Positions 13,826 through 28,737 of a DNA stretch of 64,000 nt are shown here, one piece after another. Under the pieces are notes generated by a model. The model was not told where the DNA came from, did not search any database, and saw only the letters and a program-made list of their open reading frames with translations. This DNA comes from Narcine bancroftii. Taxonomy: Eukaryota. The first letter of the stretch is position 1, and the number at the start of each line of letters is the position of its first letter. Made by a program: the position numbers and the translations under genes. The stretch is taken from contig NC_091474.1 in NCBI RefSeq assembly GCF_036971445.1, positions 8,308,001 to 8,372,000 on the forward strand, in the 5' to 3' direction.

Positions 13826-14174
13826 GACAGAGGTGCACCAAAGAAGAGGTACAAGGACTGCCTAAAGAAATCTCTTGGTGCCTGCCACATTGACCACCGC
13901 CAGTGGGCTGATATCGCCTCAAACCGTGCATCTTGGCGCCTCACAGTTTGGCGGGCAGCAACCTCATTTGAAGAAGACCGCAGAGCCCACCTCACTGACA
14001 AAAGGCAAAGGAGGAAAAACCCAACACCCAACCCCAACCCACCAATTTTCCCCTGCAGCCGCTGCAACCGTGTCTGCCTGTCCCGCATCGGACTTGTCAG
14101 CCACAAACGAGCCTGCAGCTGACGTGGACATTTACCCCCTCCATAAATCTTCGTCCGCGAAGCCAAGCCAAAGA
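13826..14174 (+). mobile_element. Same RTE family, 3' fragment
   Basis: Near identity to 32658-33007. Confidence 0.9.
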
Positions 14175-15403
14175 TTGGTTTATATCGCTACCTGAATTTT
14201 CAAGTGTTTTACTTAAAAGCTATCATTTAGACAGCGAACTCAATCTGTATGAACTAGTCCAAATTTCACTTTGACAGCCTCATTAAATTATCAATGGAAG
14301 AGGCAAATGTAAATAAATTCTGAAGTGGGATTTATTAGTGCACATCAGGCCATGTCAAATCAATCTAGTCTATGAGAAAGTCCTTCCTCTAAAGAAGCAG
14401 ATTACTTAGATCTTTAAATAGAGCTGCTAGCTTTGCACCACTATCCATCTATTACACAAGCAAAATCCATTTTGTTCAACTGCCTTCAAACACACACCAA
14501 TACCAAAAAAAGTCACCAACATGAAATTCTACTTGAAGAGACCAAGCAATACAACATACACCTTGTTCCACAATGGCAATAACAATTTTTCAGGTAGTAC
14601 AGTTGTCAGACAACTCCTGCGATCCTGGCTGGATTCTGATCTCCTCAACTGCAAGGATATCACTCATCTGTTTTTATTCCCTCGAATCCCAAAACTGCTC
14701 TGGTAAGTTAAATGGCTTCTAGATGGATAGTGGGAGAATTAGGGGCAGTTTATGGGCAAGTGAGATAACAAGCTATGGGGAAATAAGTGCGAATGGGATG
14801 GTTAACAATACTGAGAACCATCAATAACATGGGCCAAATGGTCTCTAAGAAATATGCACAAATACAACCAGGACATAGCTTTAAAGAGAAAAACATGAGA
14901 ATTACAAATGAACGGCATCACAACCATTGTAAACACTAAATCCTGCAACAAAGATGCAATAAAGGATAAACACATGGTTTAACTTCTAACAACTACTATT
15001 TGAAGGGCTTTTCTATTAAAGTAAATTGACAAAAAGCAACAAAAGATGGGAAAAATTCAAAACATAATAAATCTCTATCCTAGTTATTGATATTCAATAA
15101 TAAAGCAAAGGTTGAACATCCTGTATCCCATTATAGAATTTTAAGCTGTCATTAACTCTCATTTTCCAACTGAGCTGCCAAAGAGATAACACCCAGCAGG
15201 GCAGCAATGGCTGAAATGGAGGCAATGCTTTCAATAATCAAATCCCAGGGGCAAAATCTATAATGTAATAATTTGAGTGAATGGAACAAAAGCAGCTCTT
15301 GATTGAACAAATCATGTCTCACATGCAGGGAACAGTCAGGCAACAGATCATTAAAAGGCCTGCAGACAATAAAGGGAACAAGGCAACTTTGAACAAGTAT
15401 TTA

Positions 15404-16315
15404 GAATCAGTATTTATTGTCATAACCATGTCATACAATTTGTTTCTTTCTTTGCGGCGACATTCCAAGTACAAATGTTAAAGACGTAAATTATATTTGA
15501 AAAATAAACAAATGAGTGCAAAAAGAGTAAGTGAGGTAGTGCATGTGAGTCACTCCCCATTCAGAAATCTGATGAGGGAAAAAGCTGATTTTGTGCCACT
15601 GGGTTACTTTTCAGACTCCTGTATTTCCTTGCTGATGGTAGCAGTGTGAGGAGGGCATGGGCTGGGTGGTGAGGGTCTTTGAGGATAATGACTGCTTTCT
15701 TGAGGCACTGGCTCTTGTAAATGACACTGACAGAGTTCACAACTCTTGTCTTTTCCTGTCCTGTGCATTAGCACCTCCATACCAGAGAATGATGCAACCA
15801 GCCAGAATGCTCTCCATGGTGCACCTGTAGAAATTTGCAAGAGTCTTTGGTGACATACCAAATCTCCTCAAATTCCTCACAAAATAGAGCACTAGTGAGC
15901 CTGCTTTGTGATTGCATTAACATGGAGAGCCCAGGACAGATCGTCAGAGATGGTGGCACTCAGAACTTAAACTTTTCTACCACTGACATGTTCTCCATAT
16001 TTCCCTTTCTGAAGTCCACAATTATTTCCTTTGTTTTGATAACGGTGAAAGGTTGTTATTACATCACGAAATGAGCTCATCTATTCGCTCCTGTACACTT
16101 CCTCATTGCTGTCTGTGATTCTGCCAAAGCCCATGATGTCATCGACAAAGTTGTAGATGGCATTTGATTTGTGTCTAGCCACACAGTTATAGGTGTAGAG
16201 CAGTGAGCTAAGCACACATCCTTGAGGTGTGCCTGTGTTGATTAAGAGGAAACTTTCAATTTCAAAGGGACTGTGTCTTCTAATGAGGAAGTCAAGGATC
16301 CAGAGACCCAAGATT
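15404..16315 (-). mobile_element. Degraded Rex1/Babar-like LINE
   Basis: WILDFL...INTGTPQGCVLS.LLY...FVDD RT motifs. Confidence 0.75.
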
Positions 16316-16899
16316 TGGAGCTGGCCTGGTTAGAATTTTAACTTCTGTATTGAAAAGTTGCTTCACTTTAGCTACTTCAGTAAAAAAGAGGCAGTAGCAT
16401 CTCCAGAACTCTTGTTCAATCTCTCTGCAATGATAAACTGTGAGAAACCGAAAATTCCCCTGAGTAAAATAATAGGATGTAAATGAAATACTGGGAATAA
16501 AGTTTGCCAGATAACTGAATGAAAGAACAAGTCTGCAAAATGGGAACATTGCTGCATAACCACTATGCTCCCTCAAATTTTATCCTCCAGGTTTTCAAGG
16601 ACAGCTTGACTAACATTGTTACATGCTTTGAATGAAATGGCTATGGAGATATGGAAGTAATGATTGGCATTTTCCAAAATTCCATGCACTCTAACATTTC
16701 CCAGAGATTGGAAGATAGTGAATATAACTTGACTACATATGAAAAGATGGCATGAGTAAAAGAACTAGAGTTTGCCCAACATTGGTGGAAGAGAAAATAC
16801 TAAAATTATTGAAATTATAGTGCACAACAATGGGGCAAAATATGAAGGAAAAACAAATCAACAGGATAGCTCTGAAAATTTAAAGAATGCACTGCATGC

Positions 16900-17042
16900 T
16901 TTTCTTTGGCTTGGCTTCGCGGACGAAGATTTATGGAGGGGGTAAAAGTCCACGTCAGCTGCAGGCTCGTTGGTGGCTGACAAGTCCGATGCGGGACAGG
17001 CAGACACGGTTGCAGCGGCTGCAGGGGAAAATTGGTGGGTTG
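16900..17042 (-). mobile_element. Same RTE family, short 3' fragment
   Basis: ctttggcttggcttcgcggacgaagatttatggagg 3' end. Confidence 0.9.
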
Positions 17043-18104
17043 CTACTCAAGCAATAATTGACACTTTTCTTCATAAACAACTGAATATAGGAAGCTGGGC
17101 GACATTATTAACAATTCTGAAAAAGAGATACAGTTGCCTGAAAATGCAAAGGACTTGACTGTTTGCTTTTCTTGAAATATTTACAGTATTTTGTAATCAT
17201 TCAAACACTACTGTATGGGTTAACCCAAAATAGGACATGCTTACCCTTAATTTAAACTAAAGGCACTACCGGTAAATGTATTAATCTACAGTATGCAAAT
17301 TCTCACTACCATTGTCATCTAGTTGCAACATGTAGGTAACAATTTAATACTCATTTTAGAAAGTCTACTTCTCTTCACATATATGTATCAAATGTAACAA
17401 AGAGTGAACGTCAAACATATCAGAAGTTAAAAAATTTCATCACTTAATTTTGGCAATGCTTAATGACTACAGGAAATGGGAGCAGTACCGCTGGGGTAAG
17501 CCATACCTGAACCATGTTGAGACTGTTTTTTCTGCAAATCTCAACTAGTAATCAGAGATCACTTTAAACAATGGCAACAGATTAAAGTAGAGATGATGTG
17601 GTAAACAAAAGAATGGTTATGCCTTGAGAAAATGATAAATAGATTGATAGGAAGGCCTTGGATACAAATTTAAAATGAGCAGACAGAGGGAAAGAAATTA
17701 CAAATTTGATGGTTTTGCATTTGAATGCATGCAAAGCACACGAATTGATAAAGCAATTATAAATAAACATCAGATTACCATTACAGAGACATTGTGGCTG
17801 GACCACATATATGAACACTCGATACTTGTGGGAATATTACAATTAGAAAGGTTGCAAAACATGGTGAAAAAAAATTGGAAAAAAGGTTCTAATTAAATAA
17901 ATTGAATGGCATGTTTGTGCAAAGGACAGGTTATCCACATCAAAAAAAAACAGAATGCAAAAACAATTGGATGGAAATGAGAAATAAAAAGGCAAGAAGT
18001 AATTTGAGGGACTGGTGTACAGGCCCTTCCTAACTGCAAACAGGAAAGGATGAAGTGTAAAGGCAGAAATAACGAGAGTTCATCAGAAATTTATTCCAAT
18101 AATC

Positions 18105-19102
18105 AAGAACCGCTGCAATTCGCCTATTGTCGCAAGTGCTCCACAGCAGATGCAATATCACGTGCTCACCACTCAGCCCTGAATCACCTCGACAACAACA
18201 ATAGATATCTGGCTACTCTTTATCAACTACTGCTCATCCTTCAACACCATCATTCTCTCAGTGCTGATCAACAAGCCACAAACCCTGAGCCTCTGCATCC
18301 CTCTCTACATTGGATTCTCGATTTCCTCATTGGAAGTTCACAGTTAGTATAAACTGGAAACAATGTAACCTCTTCAATGACAATCAACACAGGTGCGCCT
18401 CAAGGATGCACGCTTAGCCCACTGGTCGACTCACTCTACATCCATGACTGTGTGCCTGGGAACAAACTAAATGCCTTCTACAAACTTGCTGATGAATTAC
18501 AGTAGAATTAGAATTACAGTAGAATTACAGACAGCAATGAGAAAGCATCATGAAGGAGATAGATTAGCTAGTTGAGTGGCACAACAAAAAAACAAATTTG
18601 CACTCAACGCTAGCAAAATTAAGGAGCCGAATGTTGGCTTCAGGAGGAAATCAAGAAAACACAAACCAGTCCTCATCGAGGGCTCAGCAGTGGAGAGGGT
18701 CAAGAACTTCAAATTCCTGGGTGGCAACATCTCAGAGAATCTGTCCTGGGGCATCCACGTCAATGCAATTACAAAGGCTGCTCACCAGTCTTGACTTCAG
18801 AGGACATCTACAAGATGCAATATCTTAAAGAAAGGAGCCTCTATACTCAAGGACCTCCACTACCCAGCTTGTGCTCTCAGGAGCAAGATACAGGATCCTA
18901 AACATGAGCACCCAACAGCACAAGGACAGCATCTTCCCCCGCCATCAGATTTCTGAATGGACCATAAACCACAGAAATAATCTCACTTTATCCTATTTTC
19001 TTGCACTTTTTTTGTAATATAATTTATAACAATATTGGCATTGATACACTGCTACAAAACCATGAATTTTATGGGATGTTCTTGACAATAAATTCTGATT
19101 CT
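18105..19102 (+). mobile_element. Degraded Rex1/Babar-like LINE
   Basis: PLQFAY...STADAI, WILDFL, AVERVKNFKFLG remnants. Confidence 0.78.
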
Positions 19103-19289
19103 AAAGATGAATCCAAATGCAGATTAGGATTTTTTTAAAAATCATGAGTTCATAGCATTTTCACTATAGTTTATGAGAATATGTTTTCGAGCCTGCTGGA
19201 GAACAAGCTATAGTAAATCAGGTATGTTACGAGAGGATTAAATAATAAACTGGCTGTCTAAGGTGGCAGCAGGAGAGAAAAAAAATCAG

Positions 19290-19885
19290 ACAGAAAATTG
19301 GACAGTGTTGGCAGATAAAATTTAATCCCTACAAGGTGATGTACTTTGGGAAGTCGAAGAGGCGCAAGACATACAGTAAAGGTACCAAGGAATGTTGATG
19401 AACAGATGGATTTAGGGGTACAGACCCATCATTCCTAAAAGCACTGACACTGGTAGATAGGGTGGTGCAGATGACATGCTTGACTTTGAGTCACAGCACA
19501 GCAAGTTGGGATATTATGTTGCAACTTTACAAAACACCTTTTAGACTACACTTTGAATACTGCGTGTATTTCTGGTCACCATACGATAAGAAAGCACTGG
19601 AGCACAGAGGATATACACCAGGACGTTGCCAGAATTTGAGGATCTTTAGTTGTGCACACAGATTGGACAGGCTGGGTTGGTTTACTCTGGAATAAGTGGA
19701 GGAATGACCCGATTATAAACAAAGCAAGTAGATAACTTTTTCCTATGGCAGGAAAATTTAAAAAAAGGGCAGGTTTAAATGAGTGGAAGGATGTAGAGGG
19801 AAAAGTTTTCTTAAAAAGTGTTGATCTGTTTTGAAAACAACATACCGATTAATATCTGGAACTCATTGCCAGTGGTGGTAGTGGT
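19290..19885 (+). mobile_element. CR1-like LINE fragment
   Basis: MLQLYKT.FRLH.EYCV.FWSP. Confidence 0.7.
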
Positions 19886-19891
19886 ATGTAT

Positions 19892-20450
19892 CTTTCTTTC
19901 TTCTTTCTTTGGCTTGGCTTCGTGGACGAAGATTTATGGAGGGGTAAAGTCCACGTCAGCTGCAGGCTCGTTTGTGGCTGACAAGTCCGATGCTGGACAG
20001 GCAGACACGGTTGCAAGGGAAAATTGGTTGGTTGGGTTGGGTTTTCCCTCCTTTGTCTTTTGACAGTGAGGTGGGCTCTGCGGTCTTCTTCAAAGGAGGT
20101 TGCTGCCCACCGAATTGTGAGGCGCCAAGATGCACGGTTTGTGGCGATATCAGCCCACTGGCGGTGGTCAATGTGGCAGGCACCAAGAGATTTCTTTAGG
20201 CAGTCCTTGTACCTCTTCTTTGGTGCACCTCTGTCTCAGTGGCCAGTGGAGAGCTCGCCATATAACACGATCTTGGGAAGGCGATGGTCCTCCATTCTGT
20301 AGACGTGACCTGCCCAGCGCAGTTTGATCTTCAGCAGCGTGGATTCGATGCTGTCGGCCTCTGCCATCTCGAGTACTTCGATATTAGAGATGAAATCGCT
20401 CCAATGAATGTTGAGGATGGAGCGGAGACAACGCTGGTGGAAGCCCGTAG
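19892..20450 (-). mobile_element. Same RTE family, 3' fragment with small deletions
   Basis: Near identity to the other copies. Confidence 0.9.
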
Positions 20451-22589
20451 GTTGACACAAAAAGACATGACAGAAGAATGCTTACCAGTGGGATGAGCAT
20501 AGATGGACAAAACGGCCAGCATGATGGGGCAAATGGCCTGTTGCTGTGATAGTAAAGGTACAGCAAATAATTTGGAAAGTTAGTCAGCACCATAGCTCAT
20601 GAGAATGAATACAAAAGTTGGACTGTTATACTTCAGTTACACAAAACAATGGTAAGACTCAAAAAAGAGTACAGCATTTGTTTTCTTATTTAAGGCTGAT
20701 GGAAGTTGAGAGGTTTACTTGGAATAGGTTGCCTTGCAGGGAAAGGATGGACATACAAAGATTATATTGATTGGAATTTAGAGAGACTGGCAGAGGGAAG
20801 CAGAGAGACAGATCTTCAAATTTTCAAAGATCTTCAAATCCTTCCTATTAAGACTCCTCAGAAATTGAGATAACCTGGAACTGGAAATCAACATTTTAAA
20901 AACAAGGGATTATCCATTATTTTGGAGATGGTATTTATTGGAACATAGAAACTGACCCTTCAGGATACCGATTTTGCATCAGCTATCAACAGACATTTAG
21001 CCTGATTCCACTTTATCCTCCCTATATTCTCAATCTCCCTCCAGATTTAACAGCAACCTATACTAGAAGCAATTTAAGTGGACAATTAGCCAACAAACTC
21101 TTATCCATGAGATGTTAGAGGAAATCTGAGCACCAATCACAGGAGAAATGTGCAAGCTGTACACAAAGTGAGGACTGAATGTATTGGTGAAAACTTAACT
21201 GGGAGAGGTGGAATTGAAGAGTTCTGATCACAATCTGATCAACCGCAATCCAAAAGAATGGCAGAGCAATCTGAAGGGGTTGCTTCGAGTTCTCTTGCTT
21301 CAAAATCATAAAAATATTTTCTCACATGAAAGATGAGAAAAATGTACTTGGTCAGATAGTTTCAAATTTAATGGCTTCTTTTGATTAGGTCCATTGCCAC
21401 ATAGTTAACTACGGATTAATGTATGATGCACAAGCTCAGTTTCAAAGTAAATTTTACAACAAACGTTGCAACAAAGTAATGGTTAATTATCTATCGAGTC
21501 ATTTTCATATTTACGGTTGGCAGAGGTGGGGGGGGGTGGGGGTTGGGCATGGATTTACTTCAGTTGACTGGAGATCAGAAATTAAAAGTTAAATTTCACC
21601 ATATCACAACCATAATCAGATTTTAATGAAGTCGATGCAGTTTACTCTTCCCATAAAGCGTCATTAACTTTGGGGAACATTTCAGAGGAAAGTTGCCAGC
21701 TTAAATTACAAATTGAGGCATCATAACCATGTTAGACAAAACTCAAATCAGACATGATTCTATATAGAAAAATAAGCATTGACTAATTAAAACAAATATT
21801 CTCAACCTATGAGAAAATTATTACGTTATTTTTGTTATACACACAATTACAATGTACATATGCACTGAAATTCTTGCTTGTTGCAGCCAGACAGGTAATT
21901 TGTTTTAAAAAAATCCTTGAATGGTCTATATTTGGATGGAAAGAATAAATATCCTCAGTTACATATGTGCAAGAATAAAGTGTTTCAATACTGCAGATAG
22001 GTTTTTGTAAGGGGAGGTTCAAGAGCCTAATGACTGTTGGAAGAGAGGCAATGAAAACTTCAGATTAAAGATTCAGAGTATACAACTTTTGTAAAATGGC
22101 AGAGCTAGGTCAATGCCAAGGTACTCCGCTTAATAGTGGACCACTGATCATACCGGAGAATCTTTTGATCGTGTTGGCCAGGATGTGCATTAGATGATAA
22201 TCGACTGAAATAATTGTAAGAGCTGGACTAATTTCTGCCCAGAGCAAGGATATGTTGTACAAATAGCTGAGTCTGCAACTTCTGGAGCAGTTTCAGTTGC
22301 GTAATGGAATACAAGAAATTCGACGTTACTCTCTTGCAAACCCCTTTAACTTCTTCAAGGTAACAATTGTATGTTAAATTATGATGACCATGATGTTAAA
22401 GTTGAGGGGACAAATTTGATGGACCTAATGCAAACAAAGGTATTAATGTCAATAGTACAATGGAAACCATGGAAATGGTGGGACAAGGGGTCAATTTCTG
22501 CATTGTATATATGATTTTTATAATCATAGATGCGATGTAACACATTCAGGAGAAAAATTGATTTTTAATCAACTGCTACAAAACTCATT

Positions 22590-23510
22590 CTTTTTCAATA
22601 TTCTTTACTGAAGAGCCACATCAAAAGAGTACATATTAAAAATAGAAAAGCGCATTACACTTAGATCATACCATTTCATCCAAGATACCCTACACTCTCA
22701 AACAAATTATATTATAGTAATATTTTATTATAAAAAGGAAATCTAAACACTACCAAAAAACTGTTTGGGAAAGGAATAAATAATTATTAAAGTAATAAAT
22801 TACCTTATTAGTCAACACATTTAGATCAAATCAGAGATTCTGAAAATAATTCATAAGAGGTCCCCACAGTGTTTGAAAATTTAAATTCAAATCGGTTATT
22901 GAGCATCTCATGATCTAAATTTAAACATGACATCACATGGCCATTGAGTACGAGTCGGCAGAACAACATCCTTCCATCTGAGCGACACTAGCCACAAGAG
23001 AAGCAAAAGCTAATACGTGCAAATCAGATGCTGTTGCCACTTTCTCCAACAATACAAAACAAGGCAGTTAAAGGATTAGGCTTAAATTCAACTTTTAGAA
23101 AGTTTGAAATACTTCATTCCAGTATTTCAAGATTCTGGCATGTCCAAAACTCAGAATTAATGACACATCTCCATTGTTGCATCTATCACAACAAGGAGAT
23201 GCATCTGCATTAAAAAAGAGATAATTTGACTTTGGGCATGCGAGTTTTATGGACTACTTTAAATTGTAGGAGGGAGTGGCGGGCACATAAAGATAAGGTA
23301 TCAACCAATTTGAAAATTATATTCCAGGTTATTACAGAGATTAAAAGCTTCCCAGGCTTTTTAAATTTTATCTAAAGGAGCCTCTCTGATTCCCAACAAA
23401 ATGTAGTAAATTGTATATAAAGATCAATAATGAAATAGCAATACATAAATATGCGGGAGAACTTAAGCAGGACATGCACCATCCTCTGGAAATAGGTCAA
23501 ATGTTGGTTA
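22590..23510 (-). mobile_element. Degraded L1-like ORF2 C-terminal fragment
   Basis: Minus strand reads QFKVVH...CDRC...FWTC (cysteine-rich L1 C-terminus); T-rich tail near 22590. Confidence 0.6.
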
Positions 23511-26129
23511 CCTTTTACTTTATTTGGATGCTGCACAACCTGCTCAGTTTTTCAGCACATTTATGTACCTGTATTGCACTCAACCCCAGCATCTGCACAT
23601 TTTCTTGTTAAGAACGGAGTTCATTGGAATTAACCTGCAACTATTATAAAAGAATATGATCGAAATACTAAGGTCAAATACCATTCAAAAAGTAAAGTTA
23701 AAATTTCAGACTGATAATTTGTCTCCATCATGAGAAACTTTTAGAAAGCAGGCATATTTAAACTTGTAAAGAAGAAAACTGTTAACTTCAATAAAATATA
23801 AAGTAGCATGACAAATAATATGAGTACCACACAACTTTAGCCTTGTAAAGTGCATACTGTTACACAAGACCTGTTGAAACCTAGAACAGGATCTTTCTGT
23901 AAGAAAGTCCACATGGTTAAGATTCCCATTTCACAGCCTGTCGCAACTATTCACATGATCTATAATCTGCACTTCACCAAAACATCGAGCACAAGTTTCG
24001 AGAACAGCATGGCGGCTTTGGTTCTCATTTCTTGCAGCTGCGCTACTAAGAAAACAGCTTCTTTAATAGACTCTAGTATTTTCCCATAAAAATATTCTTT
24101 TAAAGCCTTTTCTTGGTGCCAAAATTTATAGAAAATGATGCAAACAAAGCAAATCTATACAATCTAGCAACAAGAGGAAAACAAAGAATGTGTGGTAAGA
24201 TGGAGACCCAAGAACATGTATGACAGATTGGCATTAACTAAGAGGGTAGTGAAGGCTTGTTAATGGGAACTAATCTGGTTGCAGGTGGTATGGATAAGAG
24301 AGAAACACTTACTGTGAGACACAGCAATTACTGAAATTAAGAAGTTAATTTCATTAGGTCAGGCCATTTTTGTGGAGGGATAAACGGGGCTTAACCCGAG
24401 GCTAAAAAACCCAAATGATACTTTTACCATTGTTATTGTATTTTTGCACATACAAAAACAGTTAATTTATTTCAGAATGCATGCTTTCAACTTTCTTCAC
24501 CTCCAATACATAGATCACAAATAAATAATGGCAAATGCTGGAAATCTGCAGCCAGATGTAGTGGTGGAAGCAAATACAATAATAGTGTTTAAGAGGCTTC
24601 CAGATAAATGTATAAACATGTAGGGGATAGAGGGATATGGATCGTATGGATGCAGCTCTTTAATTTGTGCATCACGTTTGGTGCAGACACATGGGCTGAA
24701 TGGCTCATTCCTGTGCTGTACTGTTCTATATCCTATAGGTGAACCAATCCTACATTAAATGTAGAATAAACAAGTATTGTACAATTGGCACACATTTAGA
24801 ATTTTTACCCATTTATGCTCATTCACATTATTAATATACAACCCAGTCATGTACCTCCCGCAAAAAAAAAACGTCATTCAGAATTACGAAAAATGCAAAG
24901 TCATTTTCACAGTTTGTAATAATGATGAAATAAGCCAAGCACAATGTACACCTGCCTTTAAATAAAAACTTTTTGGAACTATAGCAATCTCCAGTTCTGC
25001 TGTGGTATTATTCTGAATCAAATGGTTCAAGATATTTTTCACACCATGCTCAATTTACTCAGGAAATGCAAATCAGCTTCATAAATCAACATTTAACAGC
25101 AAAATTTAAGATATGGAATTCGAGCTGTTTGCTGGACGAAAAACAAATGCAAAATGATAAACTGTTTGAGACTGTAACCTTGCACCCAGATTCAAATTTT
25201 GTTAAGAAACTGCCAACTGAAATCCTGATACAAAATGTGCATTCTTTACTGCATTAGTAAATGTTTAACTCAAGAGAAAACTGTACATAATTCTCAGTTT
25301 GTTTCACAACTTCCATGTGTTGCTTTTTATCATACCTTGACAAAATGGGCAGGACCAAAATCTTGGTTATATATCTTGGCTATTGACAAAGTTTGGATCT
25401 GCTGACTTTCTCCAGCACTTGTGTATTAATTGACACATTTTAGATGTCATAAAGGGAAGCAATGGAAAAGATAACAGCTTGATTAAAAGGAAAAAAGTTT
25501 GTAGAGTCACTTGTACATGTCGAGTAGCAGTTCCTGATATTGTTTTGATGATCCAGCTAGATTTGATGGTATTTGCTTTGCATCCTGCCAACCTGCATTC
25601 TGGGAACCGATTTAGTTACTCTTCAGTGTACTCTTTCATTCCCAAGTATATCTTAAGGACTTGAAACATGGAAAACTTTCAAATGTGGTCCCACCAAGCA
25701 CTACATAATTGTAATACAGTTCAACTTTTCTATTCTTGTACTCAATGGCAACAAATTCTCTTTGAATATCAACATTTCCCATTAAAAAAAACTCTGCTTG
25801 TTTTGTGGCCCACAGTAGATGCCCTCAATTTTTTTTCTAATTTTATATTCGATATGTCACATCCTTTGCCCACTTATTTAGTATGTCAATATCCCCCATG
25901 TAGCCACCTCATAAATATATCAGCAACAAAGTTGTAAAATTATGACATTTAATCCACTCACCCAATTTATTGATTTAGTGTACATATAAATACAAACATG
26001 TGTTATTTCCAGATTAATCCTGAAAACCATTAACAATTTAGTCAGTACATCACTGAAAAATTAATTTATTTTCTTTTGTTCAAAAGCATGTTAAATGCTA
26101 GTATGGAAAAGAGGCTTCATAGAAAATAG

Positions 26130-26870
26130 AGATGAACTGTGTGGGAACATAATGTGAAAAATGAAGGTTATCCACTTCAATCAGAAAATTAAAGACTATT
26201 TAAATAATAAGAGATTGGGAAATATGTTTAAAGTGGACTAGAATGCATTTAAATACAAGTAATTGAAAGAAGACACAACTACTCTACAGAATTGTGAATA
26301 TCCACTATTATTTTCTTTCTGGTCAATTGAACTTTGTCAATAGCTTACAATAGAAACCATGATGTACTGAGTTTTATTGCTAAAGAATACAAATTCAAGA
26401 ACAAAGATGTCTTACTAAAATTATAGACTTAGGGAGACCAATCTGGAAGCTTGTTCATAATTTTAAGTGTTGTTATTCAAATAATGGAGAAAGTGCAAAG
26501 ATTTAACAGACTGGTTCTTGAAATGGGAGGTTGGTCGCATGCATGCACTGAGATTTGAGTAAACTAGACCTGGATTCTTTAGTGGTGAAGGAATGCAGGG
26601 CTATTCAATTGAAATACAAAATTCTTAGTTTGATCATGCAGATAGTCGGAGAGGTTAGTCTTAAAATACACGGAATACAATTTAGTTCTCAAATGAGAAA
26701 ATAGTTCACTACTCCAAGGATGGTAAATCTTGGAATTCTCGATCCTGCAGACTCATTGAATTCATTCAAAATAGATCTCAGAGAAATCAATGGCTGATAT
26801 TCTCTCAGCAATAACACTGCCGTATCCTCTTGAATGGTGAACAGACTCAAGGGGCAAATGTATATTCATT
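26130..26870 (+). mobile_element. Very degraded CR1-like 3' fragment
   Basis: Weak similarity to the other CR1 remnants. Confidence 0.45.
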
Positions 26871-27595
26871 TTGTTACGATTGAATTGGCAATTCCAGAAA
26901 ATTCAAACGCAACACAAAACTAGTACCTGCTGCTTCAACATATTGCAACTCAAGTTTAAACTGTTTGCCAACCTTGACGACAAATGAATTACAAGTTGTG
27001 GCAAGGGTATGTTGACATGCATCGTCCAACAGTGAAGATGAAGCAACTTGAAAGTTAGCATTTTATTCTGGAGAGCCATTTCTTGCATCACAAGCAAGAA
27101 AGCATGTCATGCTGTTATCCTAATTACAATAAAGCAAATGTCTAATCTGGAAAATTGTGCTCGCTATTCTATTAAAGGCAAAAGTAATTGAAGTCGTTTT
27201 TTTTTATAAAAAAAAAACCCCTTTCAATGACTGCAAAGGAATTGTTAATGTATTGGATTTCATGAACCATTGATGGGGGGCGGGGGGAAGAAAAACCTCA
27301 TCTCTCCTCTCCAACCCAAACTGGATCCGGCAGGGATTACTCAGCCCTCGGAAGGACTACGGTATTATTGGAAACCTGACGGAATATAAACGCCAGGCGC
27401 ACCGTGAACAATTTACAATTGCTGACCATCGCCCAATGACACCCGAACCGTGTGGGAGAGGAGATTCTCCCTCGCAGGTTGCGCGAAGGCAGGGGGGAAA
27501 AAAAATCTGCAATGCCGCTGTTCCGTCTGATCGAAACCCGGGGACTTCCCATTCAGAGGCATCTAATCGCCGCCTCTTCCTCTATAAATCACCGC

Positions 27596-28078
27596 AGGGA
27601 GTGGGGGGGGTGGGGGGTAGGGAGTGGGGGGGGTGTAGGGAGTGGGGGGGGTGGGGGGTAGGGAGTGGGGGGGGTGGGGGGTAGGGAGTGGGGGGGGTGG
27701 GGGGTAGGGAGTGGGGGGGGTGGGGGGTAGGGAGTGGGGGGGGTGGGGGGTAGGGAGTGGGGGGGGTGGGGGGTAGGGAGTGGGGGGGGTGGGGGGTAGG
27801 GAGTGGGGGGGTGGGGGGTAGGGAGTGGGGGGGTGGGGGGTAGGGAGTGGGGGGGGTGGGGGGTAGGGAGTGGGGGGGGTGGGGGGTAGGGAGTGGGGGG
27901 GGTGGGGGTAGGGAGTGGGGGGGGTGGGGGGTAGGGAGTGGGGGGGTGGGGGGTAGGGAGTGGGGGGGTGGGGGGTAGGGAGTGGGGGGGGTGGGGGGTA
28001 GGGAGTGGGGGGGGTGGGGGGTAGGGAGTGGGGGGGTGGGGGTAGGGAGTGGGGGGGTGGGGGTAGGGAGTGGGGGGG
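27596..28078 (+). repeat. G-rich tandem repeat, 21-23-bp unit GGGAGTGGGGGGGGTGGGGGGTA (G-quadruplex potential)
   Basis: About 21 units, directly visible. Confidence 0.95.
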
Positions 28079-28266
28079 AAGCAATGAAGCCGCCAGCCCA
28101 GCCGAGTCGGGGCCCGCGAAGGGAATGGAACCCGTGGCCAGATCCACGAAGCGCCGCAGATTTCCAAGCGCGGTCTGCGGCAGTGGGTCAGGCTCAACGC
28201 CATCATGCATCGGCGAGACCGCGCATTAAATGCCGGCACAAGGACAAGACGGCCGCATTTCCTGAC

Positions 28267-28660
28267 CTCGCGTCGGTAATTCTCGGCGGGGAGTTGGATC
28301 TTGGTCAGCCGCTCAGGACCTGCACCATAGCCGGCAGCCGTTCCCTTCGTTCGCTCGCTCGCTCGCTCGCCGCCTTCACTTCCTTTTCCTCTTCCCTCGC
28401 CGAGCCCGCGCACGCCCGTCCGCTCGCGCCCGCCGCCGTCGACGACAAGGAAGCCGCTCGCTCACTCGCGCACCGCACTCTGGGAATGCGACCGTTGAAC
28501 CGAGTGAGGGGGGGGGTGTGGATCAGGCGCGCGTGCGCAGAGCCGCGACGCCCCGACGCCCGATGGGAAGGGCTGGACTCACCAACCAGCGGCCGGCTCC
28601 CCGAAGGAGCGGGCCAATCGGATGCAGGGCAAGCTCGGTTGACTGGGCGGTCCGCTCAAC
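28267..28660 (-). other. DNAJC5: Region holding candidate non-coding first exon(s) of DNAJC5
   Basis: Minus-strand donors TTG|GTGAGT (exon end 28583) and GAG|GTCAGG (exon end 28267), and a (GCGA)n tract at ~28350-28370. Which donor is used cannot be determined. Confidence 0.4.
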
Positions 28661-28679
28661 CAAACTTTAATCGACGGAA

Positions 28680-28737
28680 AGATCGCGAGTTTTCGTGGCG
28701 TCGCCGCTGGGTGCAAACGAAATCTTCCGCCGTCCAG
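28680..28737 (+). other. GID8: Candidate non-coding exon 1 of GID8 (start approximate)
   Basis: Donor CAG|GTACGT at 28737/28738 at the right edge of the CpG island. No transcript evidence available. Confidence 0.55.

Noticed and set aside
18494-18530. Small tandem duplications (also ~20811-20840 and ~39122-39160)
   Set aside because: Ordinary slippage-scale events.
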